Shown: positions 20,740-30,293 of the stretch, one piece after another
How the letters are laid out: every line of letters starts with the position of its first letter
Numbering within the stretch: the stretch's first letter is position 1
DNA from: an uncultured Lachnospiraceae bacterium
GTDB taxonomy: Bacteria; Bacillota; Clostridia; Lachnospirales; Lachnospiraceae
NCBI GenBank assembly: GCA_910577115.1
Contig: CAJTMC010000002.1
Location: forward strand, 33,559 to 97,558
Reading direction: 5' to 3'
Length of the DNA stretch: 64,000 nt
Notes under the pieces: generated by a model
Told to the model about the DNA's origin: nothing
Seen by the model: the letters and a program-made list of their open reading frames with translations, nothing else
Databases searched by the model: none
Position numbers and translations under genes: made by a program

Positions 20740-21423
20740 TTACAACAGTCTGTATCCAATCCCTTTTTTCGTCTGTATAAAATCATTAAGCCCCACGCTG
20801 TCTAATTTCCTGCGCAGCCGGTTCACATTCACTGACAGCGTGTTTTCGTCAACATAGCTGTCACTCTCCCAAAGCCTTGTCATAAGCGTATCTCTGGAAA
20901 CGACCTTTTCCTTATTTTCCATCAGCACCTGCAAAATCCGCAGTTCGTTTTTGGTAAGCTCCAGCTTTTCATTACCACATGTCAGCGTCGCTTCCGTCAG
21001 GTTAAGCATCGCCCCTTTGTGCTCCAAGACAACGCTTTGGCTCACAAAGTCATAGCTTCTGCGGAGAACTGCCTGTATCTTTGCCGTCAGGACATCTAAA
21101 TCAAACGGTTTTGCAATAAAATCGTCCCCGCCCATATTGACCGCCATGACAATATTCATGTTATCCGACGCTGAGGACAAAAAAATTATCGGAACCTTTG
21201 AAACCTTCCGAATCTCGCTACACCAATGATACCCATTGTAAAACGGCAGCTTAATATCCATTAAGACAAGCTGCGGCGCCGCATTGGCATATTCCGTCAT
21301 AATATTTGCAAAATCATTGACACAGATTACCTCGTAATCCCATCGCTCCAAATGGCGCTTTAAACTGTCTGCAATTATTTCATCATCTTCCACAAGCAAA
21401 ATTCTGTACATCTTATTTTTCAT
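20740..21423 (-). CDS. BceR-like OmpR-family response regulator
   Basis: VEDD, LMDIKLP, GGDDFIAKPF, LSVNVNRLRRKL. Confidence 0.95.
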   Translation of the reverse strand: MKNKMYRILLVEDDEIIADSLKRHLERWDYEVICVNDFANIMTEYANAAPQLVLMDIKLPFYNGYHWCSEIRKVSKVPIIFLSSASDNMNIVMAVNMGGDDFIAKPFDLDVLTAKIQAVLRRSYDFVSQSVVLEHKGAMLNLTEATLTCGNEKLELTKNELRILQVLMENKEKVVSRDTLMTRLWESDSYVDENTLSVNVNRLRRKLDSVGLNDFIQTKKGIGYRLL

Positions 21424-22067
21424 TGTCTATTGATTTTCAAACATTAAGAGCGACCGCTATATCCATCTTCGTGATATACCGGCCGCCCTAATTCATTTCA
21501 ATATCCAATTTTTTCCTCTTTCTCGGCTCTCTTCTTTTTTATACCATTCTTTTTTTATTTGCCGACTTATTTTTTATGGTACTGTTTTTTCCGTTCCTTT
21601 TGTTTTTTCTTTCCCCTAACTACTCGCTCTGAATATTCTCTTAACTTTTTTCTATGTGTATAATCCTCTTAAATACACATTTTCTCATTCACATATTTAT
21701 TAAGGATTTTCATTTTTCATTAGACGAAAGCTTGTGGGTTATCCAATGGACTCATCTCCTTTCTTTCCAATACCCTCTATAGCTATTGTTTGCAGCTACC
21801 GAAAATATTTAGAAAAAGCTTTTAAGATTTTCTCTTTTGTGCTTTTTTGTTTTTTCTTTGGTGTGATTGTAGAATAACATTATTTTTAGGATATTTCAAG
21901 GGGTTTTTGTCATTTTTCTCAATACTGTTGTTTTGCACAATTTGTTTCAGTTATTTTGCATATTGTTTTCTGAATTTTCTGTCTATTCTCAACTCTTAAC
22001 GCACTGCTATCCATTCTAACAACGCATCACTTTCACAATTTTAAAAAAAGATTCCTTGTCCCGCTAT

Positions 22068-23510
22068 CTATGACTCGCTCTTTTTCTCCCGATACTCCTT
22101 CTTCATTTCGTCCCACTCATAAACAACCTGCGCTTCCTCTCCGACCGCATGATCCCATATGTTTGTGTAAAACGTTTTGTCAGCGCCCTCCTCAAATGCA
22201 ACCGAAAACACACCGGGACTGCAATTGGGAATATCCCTGCCTAACAACTCTATTTTCCCGTCCTTTGATACGGTATACAACGCGTATATATTTGTCGAGG
22301 AAGAGCCGTATGTGCCGATTGTAAAGTCCGGGCAGGAATCCTGATTATAATCTTTTTCCATAATTTCAAACGCGCCGGGAAAGTTAAGCCTGCTGCCCAT
22401 GCCGTCCAAATCCTGCGTGATATCACGTTTTGATAAAATTGTTCCTTCTTTATCTACTGCAAGAAGAACGTATTCCCCCGTAAAATTTTCCTCATAGACG
22501 CCTCCGCCCGGCACAAGCTCTTCTTCACTGGCATATTCTCCTTTCTCCAGCCAAAGCCCGACGCTGATCGGCTGATTCCCAGCCACCATTGTATGGCTGC
22601 ATAACAGATAATTCTCCAAAGCCCAATAACTGTCTTCCGCAATCGTATCGTCATATTCATCATTCACACGAAGCCACCTGTCAACCACATATGCTCCGTC
22701 TTCATGGCGCAGTACGGCAAAAAGTCCATAGTCCGACCATTTGTCAAACAGATGTACTTTGCATACAAGCTGTGTCTTTCCGTCTTTTTCAAGAAGGTAA
22801 TTGTCCCAAACAACACTGTCATGAACAACATCATTATAATATAGAGGATAAGATAATGCGTCCCACTGTTCATTGTTAATCGGAACACGCGTTTCGTACC
22901 CATCGTTTTCCACGCTTATCTTAATGCGTTCTTCGCAAATAACCTCATAGCGAATCGGAACATTCTGCCTGTATCCTTCTTCGCTTTCCCGAAAAGGCAG
23001 TACGGCTTTTTCGTACGTGTCGCCGCGTTTTTCATAAACCACGAAATCGCCGCTCAACCGCATATCTGTACTGGTGCCGTATAAAAAAGATATGATAATC
23101 TCATTTTGTCCGTCATCATTGAGATCTGCCGTTTTAATATCCAAAAATCCGGTAGACGCAACATCCTTGTCCATATGAATCACATCGCCGTTTCCAAACT
23201 CAATCCGGTAATGACAGCAGTCTGTGTCTTCTTTATATTCCTTATAAACTCTGTCAATCAGCTTGTCATTGTCATAGTCCTGATCGACAAACTGCTCATA
23301 TCCGCTCCATCCGGTGCATTCGTCCTCATATCCCGTATAAAAGTAATTGTAAATACCATACGTTTCTTCGGTATCCTTCTGCTCACCGTCCACAGCTGCT
23401 TCTGTCTGCACTCCACTTTGGGTTTTACCGGCGTCTTCTTTTTTGCAGCCGGTAAAGCATAACGCGGCTGCCGTTATGAACAATATATATTTTACAGACG
23501 TTCTGCTCAT
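22068..23510 (-). CDS. Hypothetical acidic lipoprotein
   Basis: Lipobox FTGC; DxDxDG-like motifs; GGAGG RBS before ATG 23510. Confidence 0.75.
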   Translation of the reverse strand: MSRTSVKYILFITAAALCFTGCKKEDAGKTQSGVQTEAAVDGEQKDTEETYGIYNYFYTGYEDECTGWSGYEQFVDQDYDNDKLIDRVYKEYKEDTDCCHYRIEFGNGDVIHMDKDVASTGFLDIKTADLNDDGQNEIIISFLYGTSTDMRLSGDFVVYEKRGDTYEKAVLPFRESEEGYRQNVPIRYEVICEERIKISVENDGYETRVPINNEQWDALSYPLYYNDVVHDSVVWDNYLLEKDGKTQLVCKVHLFDKWSDYGLFAVLRHEDGAYVVDRWLRVNDEYDDTIAEDSYWALENYLLCSHTMVAGNQPISVGLWLEKGEYASEEELVPGGGVYEENFTGEYVLLAVDKEGTILSKRDITQDLDGMGSRLNFPGAFEIMEKDYNQDSCPDFTIGTYGSSSTNIYALYTVSKDGKIELLGRDIPNCSPGVFSVAFEEGADKTFYTNIWDHAVGEEAQVVYEWDEMKKEYREKKSES

Positions 23511-23539
23511 TGTGCTATTCCTCCGAGTATGCTCATTTC

Positions 23540-24676
23540 TCATTCTCTTATGGTCATCTCATAAGTTCCCGATGTTCCGTATCCACTTGCATTTTCTTCT
23601 GCTTTCTGAAGGTTCAGAACTTCCACATTGATCTGATTGGGCAGAAACGTAATATGAAGCGTTCCCGCACCGCCCCAGCCGTCATCTGTAAATTCAAAAA
23701 ACAGTTCACCATTTTGAATCGTGCCGACAATATCTTCCACTGACGCAATCCGCTTTGACATTTCCTGTTCCGTAAAAAGATTTCCGTAAAATTCATTGCC
23801 ATTACTGATACTGCATATCAGCTCGTTTCCACTTTCCGGCATAGGATTCTCATATGCCGCAACATATCCGGAACTTACAGTCCATTTCCCCGTGTAACTT
23901 TCATAATTTGTAAGCGGTTCCTTTCCATTTGTCAATTGAAGCAGTCTTTTAATATCTTGTGCCAACACATTACTTTCCCACGGAAGATAATCATTTATTT
24001 TATCGCTTAGATCCTCGTTATAAGTAAAATAATCTCCATGATCCTCATATATCCGTACTATCGTATGCGGAATCGCACCTTGCGGTCCGGCGCCCGTCAT
24101 ATACTCCGCTCCTATGACCACATCCTCTTTCGCATCGGCATTCGTATCCGAGAACATGACAAACTTCACGTCCCAATAATATAAACCATAGCCACTACTA
24201 TGCTCCTCATCGATATACGGAAACTGATACAGGATTTCTTCATCTTTTAATAGATAAAAAGCTACATCCTGCATAGGTTTTTCCGAAGGAACCGGTTCAT
24301 ATGAAACAAATCGCACTTCTCCCCAATCGTTTAACTCTATTTGAAACGACTGTTCTTCTATAATTCTACCTGCATCCAGTTTATCCTGTACCGGATCCCC
24401 GGACGCCCCATCTAATAACTGCCTCGTCTCTTTTGCCTGATCCGTCCGTTCTGGTCGTGCTGACTGTTCCGACTCCTCCGATTGCTCCGACAGCAGCTCG
24501 TGCGATAAGCCTTCCTCTTCTATATCCTGCTGTACTTGCGAAGCAGTATCCACCTCTTCCTGCTCTGTTTGTTTCGGTTTTTCCTGCCTTTCGCATCCCA
24601 CAAGCAACATGAGCGCCGACGCAATTCCCAATATGGCTATGACTTTCTCTTTCTTCCTACTGCTTACTACTTTCAT
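23540..24676 (-). CDS. Hypothetical acidic lipoprotein
   Basis: Lipobox LVGC, low-complexity Glu/Gln linker; AAAGGAG RBS before ATG 24676. Confidence 0.75.
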   Translation of the reverse strand: MKVVSSRKKEKVIAILGIASALMLLVGCERQEKPKQTEQEEVDTASQVQQDIEEEGLSHELLSEQSEESEQSARPERTDQAKETRQLLDGASGDPVQDKLDAGRIIEEQSFQIELNDWGEVRFVSYEPVPSEKPMQDVAFYLLKDEEILYQFPYIDEEHSSGYGLYYWDVKFVMFSDTNADAKEDVVIGAEYMTGAGPQGAIPHTIVRIYEDHGDYFTYNEDLSDKINDYLPWESNVLAQDIKRLLQLTNGKEPLTNYESYTGKWTVSSGYVAAYENPMPESGNELICSISNGNEFYGNLFTEQEMSKRIASVEDIVGTIQNGELFFEFTDDGWGGAGTLHITFLPNQINVEVLNLQKAEENASGYGTSGTYEMTIRE

Positions 24677-25287
24677 TTGATTGCTCCTTTTATTCACACG
24701 AAATAAACTCATATGTACAGATTACAGAATAATCAGCCTCCGCACCATGTACAACCTTTTCTTCTGTACCTACATTTTCACCACACGCCCGACAGGAGGC
24801 ATCTGTCTTGCGGATTACCGTATTGTTTAAGAATCCGGGATATATCCCATCAGACTCCGCAATATTTTCATATTCTGTATGGTATGTCAGTTCTCCCCTA
24901 TGGAACATGTATAAATTCCCTGCGATTTCATCGTTTCCATCAGCTTTGTATTTTTTTCTTTCTCTGCATCTTTATGCAGTGCATCTTTATACAGTTCATA
25001 TTCAGGCAGCATCACAAAAGACAAATAAATATCTTCGCTATACCGATCATAAAAAAGAACGTACTCCCTTCCGCTTCATTGGACTCTTTAATCCTCGTTA
25101 AAATTTATTCAAATATATAATTCCTTTCACCGGAATTATAATATAGCATACCGTATCATCATTTTTGCATCATAAATTTATTTTCCGCATATTTGCAGAG
25201 AATGAATTTTTGTCGTATACTATAAATATCATTTTTGCACAAACAAAAATAATTTGCCAAAAGCATAAACTATACGGAGGAATAACC

Positions 25288-25575
25288 TTGTTTCAAAAGA
25301 AAGATATCATATACAGCGAAACCCTCGGCGTATGCACCGTTGATGACATCGTAAAGCTTTCCGACAATCGAAAAGACACTTACAACTATTACCTGCTGCG
25401 CTCTATATTTGACAAAACAAAAAAAGCCTACATTCCCGTTGAGCACCACTCCGTCAAGCTGAGAGAGCTTATTACTTTGGAAGAAGCTCAGGCAATAAAA
25501 AACAGCGCCGATTTTGACCAGTATAGTCAAGCAGCAAAAGACGAAGCCGCTTATGTACTTTCCAAAAACGAATAG
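25288..25575 (+). CDS. Short CarD/TRCF-RID family protein (95 aa)
   Basis: GGAGG-N7-TTG; FQKKDIIYSETLGVCTVDDI...YYLL...AYIPV...LRELIT matches the CarD N-terminal domain pattern. Confidence 0.75.
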   Translation: MFQKKDIIYSETLGVCTVDDIVKLSDNRKDTYNYYLLRSIFDKTKKAYIPVEHHSVKLRELITLEEAQAIKNSADFDQYSQAAKDEAAYVLSKNE

Positions 25576-25745
25576 ACTTCTTTATTTTTCTTAATGCAAA
25601 TACCCCAAATGAAATAATATCGGAAGAAAACATTAAAATTTTAACAGTTTTTTCGTTGTATTTTATGGAAGATATTGATAGAATTGGAAGAGTATTGAAG
25701 CTAAAAACGAGATGGATTCCCAATCTGAAAGGAGAATTGCCTAAA

Positions 25746-26582
25746 ATGTATCAAATTATAGACGGAAAGAAAATATCGCAGGAAATCAAAGACGAGTTAA
25801 AGGACAAGGTGGCTGCCCTCAAAGCGGCGGGAAAAAACATCTGTCTTGCAGTCATACAGGTGGGAAATGATCCCGCGTCAAGCGTATATGTCGGGAACAA
25901 GAAAAAGGCATGTGCCTATATCGGAATCGAGTCGCTTTCTTACGAGCTGCCCGAAGAAACAACGCAGGAGGAACTATTAGACCTTGTAAAAAAGCTCAAC
26001 GCAGATGACAAGGTGAACGGGATCCTTGTACAGCTCCCGCTGCCAAAGCAGATTGATGAAGAAAAAGTCATTCAAACCATCGCGCCCGAAAAAGACGTGG
26101 ACGGTTTCCATGAAAAAAATGTCGGCGCACTTGTTGTCGGCAGCAAAGGATATGTGTCATGCACACCGCTTGGCATTATCCAGCTTTTAAAGCGCTCCGG
26201 CATTGAAATTGCAGGAAAAAACTGCGTGGTTATCGGCAGAAGCAATATTGTCGGAAAGCCAATGTCGCTCTTGCTTTTAAGAGAAAACGGCACTGTCACA
26301 GTCTGCCATTCGCGCACGCAAAATATCAGGGAAATCACAAAGCAGGCGGATATCTTAGTGGTAGCAATCGGAAAGCCAAAATTTGTCGATGAAAGTTTTG
26401 TAAAAGAAGGCGCAGTCGTGATTGACGTCGGCATTCACAGAAATGAAAACAATAAGCTCTGCGGCGATGTCGATTTTGAGCGTGTCGCGCCGCACACAAG
26501 TGCAATTACGCCCGTTCCCGGCGGTGTCGGCCCCATGACAATTGCGATGCTGATGTACAACTGCGTAAGCTCTGTGGAATAG
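25746..26582 (+). CDS. folD: Methylenetetrahydrofolate dehydrogenase/cyclohydrolase
   Basis: IIDGK, GILVQLPLP, KDVDGF, GRSNIVGKP, TPVPGGVGPMT. Confidence 0.97.
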   Translation: MYQIIDGKKISQEIKDELKDKVAALKAAGKNICLAVIQVGNDPASSVYVGNKKKACAYIGIESLSYELPEETTQEELLDLVKKLNADDKVNGILVQLPLPKQIDEEKVIQTIAPEKDVDGFHEKNVGALVVGSKGYVSCTPLGIIQLLKRSGIEIAGKNCVVIGRSNIVGKPMSLLLLRENGTVTVCHSRTQNIREITKQADILVVAIGKPKFVDESFVKEGAVVIDVGIHRNENNKLCGDVDFERVAPHTSAITPVPGGVGPMTIAMLMYNCVSSVE

Positions 26583-26602
26583 GCTATAGTATTATGGAAA
26601 CA

Positions 26603-26638
26603 CATAAAAGGTTTCGCCTGAGCGCGAAACCTTTTATA
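26603..26638. terminator. Bidirectional terminator after folD
   Basis: ataaaaggtttcgc / gcgaaaccttttat. Confidence 0.75.
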
Positions 26639-26760
26639 CATTATACTTCGTGAATGTATGTTTCGTCAAAAATTTCTTTTTTCACAATATAAACATCTGT
26701 TTCATCATCTGGTGAATAACAGGACAGCGAAAAGCATAAACCAAGCAATAGCTGCAAAAA

Positions 26761-27819
26761 TTATTCTGACACAAGTGTCATAAATTTCCGGATATCAATC
26801 GTAATCGCAGGCCTGATGCCAAATCCTTCCGTTCCCACAATCTGCGTTGTTGTCAAATCCGACGTAAGACCGTTCGACACCACATAGCATTGACTTGCAC
26901 TGTCTTCCTTTGGCTCCCTCAGCCACCAAAAATAATGATCAATTCCATAGTCAAGCGAATATCCGCTATACCATTTGGTTGCATCCTGCTCTGCTGCCGC
27001 CTCTGTCGGTTTTGTCAAAAAATTGACATCTGCCTCCTTCAGCCATTCTAATTCGTCCAAATCCAGTAAAAAAACTTTGTCTTTTGTTATCGCTCCCTCG
27101 GTTTCCACTTCCGTTTCAACAACGGCATCTTTCTCTGCATCTGTAAAACCATATAGAAATCCCACTTCGTTTTCATATCCGTTTTTCTTATCGGACATCG
27201 CTGATTTTGCCGGACGCCCTCCTTCATAAGCGACAACCTGCATGTCGGAATTCAGCCATGCGCGAATATTGGAGCTGCTCCATTTATTGCTTCCGCGCAC
27301 CTTTGCTTCAAGCGCCGGATCTGCGAAATCTTCTGCAGAATACTTCCAGTAATCCGTTCCATTGTCTTTATTAAATGCTTCACTTTCGGCAGCATCATAT
27401 GCTTTCATGGTAATAATATTTTCTGTAATCAACACCGCCACACTGCCATCCTCCAAGAAATGGATTACCCGCCACGTAATGGGTTCCTCATTGTAGGTTC
27501 CAAAGATAACCGTATCTCCGAGTGCAAGCTCTTTTTTATGAACTGCGGCATTAGATGCTGACTGTTTCTCAGTATTCTTCAGTCTCTGCTCTGAAACCCA
27601 CCCAAGAGACATGCCAAAGGCAATCATCAAAATGACTGCGGCAAATATAGCCACACCAAATACCGCGGACTTTATATTCCTGCGTTTTTGTTCTGATCTC
27701 TGTTTCACTTTGGAGGAAATATTCTCCTTTCCGTTCTGTAATGCTTCCACACAGTCAAGAATGATGTGTGCCTTCACGCCCTTTAATGCGCCAACCAGAA
27801 AGCTTACAAATGCTATCAA
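26761..27819 (-). CDS. Membrane-anchored DUF6273-like protein, 5' end uncertain
   Basis: FGTYNEEPITWRV, WSSSNIRAWLNS, DKVFLL, WWLR, GIRPA; no clear RBS at the TTG start. Confidence 0.65.
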   Translation of the reverse strand: MIAFVSFLVGALKGVKAHIILDCVEALQNGKENISSKVKQRSEQKRRNIKSAVFGVAIFAAVILMIAFGMSLGWVSEQRLKNTEKQSASNAAVHKKELALGDTVIFGTYNEEPITWRVIHFLEDGSVAVLITENIITMKAYDAAESEAFNKDNGTDYWKYSAEDFADPALEAKVRGSNKWSSSNIRAWLNSDMQVVAYEGGRPAKSAMSDKKNGYENEVGFLYGFTDAEKDAVVETEVETEGAITKDKVFLLDLDELEWLKEADVNFLTKPTEAAAEQDATKWYSGYSLDYGIDHYFWWLREPKEDSASQCYVVSNGLTSDLTTTQIVGTEGFGIRPAITIDIRKFMTLVSE

Positions 27820-27942
27820 TTAGCTGTCTGTCATTCCATGCTGTCCAGTCCTTCTGCAAAAGTGCTGCTTGACAACTGAAAACAGTCATTTCGCAGCACT
27901 CTTATCCGTTTCGATTTTCTATTCCTTTTTATTCCAAACGCA

Positions 27943-29169
27943 CTAACGCATCAAACGCAAATGTCTCGGACGTCCGTCAACCATCATCGGTGAAAGCTCT
28001 GCCTGAATCAGCGGCGTGATATAATGCACAAGCTCATCTGATACAAAAGTACCATCATTGATAATCCACTCAAGCGGCACCTTCTTCTCGATATTTGCAA
28101 TCTTATGTACATCCTGTGTGCTCGTTGTGCAGATATAAGGATCTTCGGAAACTCTGTCAAGTACGACAACCTTTCCCGTGTCGCCCTCAAATGCAGCCTT
28201 AACCGCTGCGCCTCCGACCTGAAATGCCTCTGTGATATCAACACGCGAGGTCATATGTGCGGCGCATCTTTGCAGCGAGCTCAGCTCAATCGCGCGTGTC
28301 TTTACCTTCATCTCTTGAGAAATCTTGTCAGCGAGGAACTTTGCAGTACCCTGAAGCTGTTTATGTCCGAACGCATCTACAAATTCTACATGATCTGCAA
28401 GCTCGAATACATATTTTCCGTCGGCAGTCTTAATACCCTCTGAAACGGCAATCACAACAGAATGTCCGTTTGAAGCAAGCTCTTTTACCTTATTGATAAA
28501 CTTGTCTATGTCAAAAGCTACCTCGGGAAGGTAAATCAAGTCAACGCCCTCACAGTCCTCGCCTGCTGCAAGCGCCGTAGCCGCCGTAAGCCAGCCTGCG
28601 TTACGTCCCATAACCTCAATAATCGAGATTACCGGATAATCGTAAACAAGACCATCTCGGATAATCTCCTTTGTAACTGCTGCAATATATTTTGCGGCAC
28701 TGCCGTATCCCGGCGTATGGTCTGTACAAGCAAGGTCATTATCAATCGTTTTCGGCACACCCATGAATTTAATATCGCTGCTAATCAGAATCGCATAATC
28801 CGACAGCTTCTTTATGGTATCCATTGAGTCGTTTCCTCCAATGTAGAAGAATGCCTCTATGTCCAGCTCTTTCAATATCTCAAAAATCTTATCGTAAATT
28901 TCTTTGTCGTCCTTAATTTCAGGAAGCTTAAATCGGCATGAGCCGAGGAACGAAGAAGGGGTACGCTTTAACAAGTCTATATCCAAATCCGATTTAATAT
29001 GGTCTGACAGGTCTACATACTGTCTGTCAAGCAGACCCTTTATGCCATGCAGCATACCATATACTTTTCCCGCGCCGCGGTCCTTGGCTGTTTTGAATAC
29101 GCCGACAAGGCTTGAATTGATGACCGATGTCGGACCTCCGGACTGACCTACGATTACATTACCATGCAT
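27943..29169 (-). CDS. pfkA: 6-phosphofructokinase, PPi-dependent type
   Basis: GQSGGPT, GGNDS and PKTIDND (Asp and Lys typical of PPi specificity), EVMGRNAGW; AGGAGG RBS. Confidence 0.92.
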   Translation of the reverse strand: MHGNVIVGQSGGPTSVINSSLVGVFKTAKDRGAGKVYGMLHGIKGLLDRQYVDLSDHIKSDLDIDLLKRTPSSFLGSCRFKLPEIKDDKEIYDKIFEILKELDIEAFFYIGGNDSMDTIKKLSDYAILISSDIKFMGVPKTIDNDLACTDHTPGYGSAAKYIAAVTKEIIRDGLVYDYPVISIIEVMGRNAGWLTAATALAAGEDCEGVDLIYLPEVAFDIDKFINKVKELASNGHSVVIAVSEGIKTADGKYVFELADHVEFVDAFGHKQLQGTAKFLADKISQEMKVKTRAIELSSLQRCAAHMTSRVDITEAFQVGGAAVKAAFEGDTGKVVVLDRVSEDPYICTTSTQDVHKIANIEKKVPLEWIINDGTFVSDELVHYITPLIQAELSPMMVDGRPRHLRLMR

Positions 29170-29421
29170 AGTGTTTCCTCCTAATAAATAAAATTCAATA
29201 AACAAAATAGACAAAACTTTAACAAATTCATACTATTTTATATGTGTTTATAACCAATTTCAGTTTATCATGTATTTCAAAATTTAACAACATTTACAAT
29301 AAAGGATTTTGATTTTTTGCAGCCATGCCAATGATATTATTGCATGACAATTTCCGATATGGTATACTAAAAGAACCAAAAGAAAGGAACAATACTGATT
29401 GGAAATTGAAAATACGATACA

Positions 29422-30219
29422 ATGGCTTTCTGCTCCGCTATGGAATTGGAATTGCGGGAAAACAAGAGAGATTTAATCTACGAGCGTGAGCATAATTTAA
29501 GTAAAATGCCGCTTAAAATTGATTTTCTTGTTATTAAGAAGAAACCGAACGTTATCATCAAAAACGAGATTGGTGATTTCTTTTTGGGGAATAATATTTT
29601 TGAATATAAATCTCCAAATGATGACATTAACGTTGGCACGTTTTACAAGGCATTGTCCTATGCATGCCTGTATAAATCCGAGGCTGGAAATGTTGAAGAA
29701 ATCCTTGATACGGATATCACAGTATCTCTCGTTCGGGAACAGAAGCCTGTAAAGCTTTTGAAACAGCTTGCCGAAAAATATACAGTGACCCCAAAAGCAG
29801 ACGGTATCTACCGTATCGGCGGAATGCTATTCCCAATGCAGATCCTTGTGACAAAGGAACTCAACGAAGAAAACCACATATGGGTTACTTCCCTGACGCG
29901 AACAATGAGCAGAACGCGGGCACAGAAGCTTCTTAACAACTATTCCGCACTCAAGAATGACGAGGACAAAAGAAATGCAGATTCGATTGTAAACGTCGCA
30001 TCAGAGGCAAACATTGAATTGTTTAAAAAATTGATACAGGAGGGTGAACAAATGTGTGAAGAATTAAAAGAACTGTTGGCACCTGAAATTATGGAATTTA
30101 AGATACGTCTGGAAGAGCAGAATGCACAGTTAGCAGAAAATGCTGCCAAATTATCAGATAAAGATGCCGAAATCGCAAAATTAAAGAAAATGCTTGCCGA
30201 CGCGGGCATTAAGGTATAA
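29422..30219 (+). CDS. Rpn-like PD-(D/E)XK nuclease-fold protein, possibly frameshifted at the 5' end
   Basis: KIDFLVIKK...IFEYKS nuclease motif, YACLYK, C-terminal helical tail. Confidence 0.7.
   Translation: MAFCSAMELELRENKRDLIYEREHNLSKMPLKIDFLVIKKKPNVIIKNEIGDFFLGNNIFEYKSPNDDINVGTFYKALSYACLYKSEAGNVEEILDTDITVSLVREQKPVKLLKQLAEKYTVTPKADGIYRIGGMLFPMQILVTKELNEENHIWVTSLTRTMSRTRAQKLLNNYSALKNDEDKRNADSIVNVASEANIELFKKLIQEGEQMCEELKELLAPEIMEFKIRLEEQNAQLAENAAKLSDKDAEIAKLKKMLADAGIKV
30052..30219 (+). CDS. Putative internally initiated 55-aa C-terminal protein
   Basis: AGGAGG at 30038-30043, 8-nt spacer, in-frame ATG (MCEELKELL...). Confidence 0.55.
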   Translation: MCEELKELLAPEIMEFKIRLEEQNAQLAENAAKLSDKDAEIAKLKKMLADAGIKV

Positions 30220-30293
30220 ACGGAGCAGATAACATAACAGGCAATAAAAGACGCAAAGCATACTTGATAAAGCTTTGCGTCTTTTTTCATTTG

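Noticed and set aside
24690..25120. Short ORFs upstream of the lipoprotein pair
   Set aside because: Fragmented across frames with no RBS or motif; at most a decayed remnant.
26761..26960. Diversity-generating retroelement target (WWLR...GIRPA C-terminus)
   Set aside because: No template repeat, reverse transcriptase or adenine-biased duplicate in the window. A remote target cannot be excluded but is unsupported.
29422..30219. IS element or transposon
   Set aside because: No terminal inverted repeats, target duplication or DDE motif seen.
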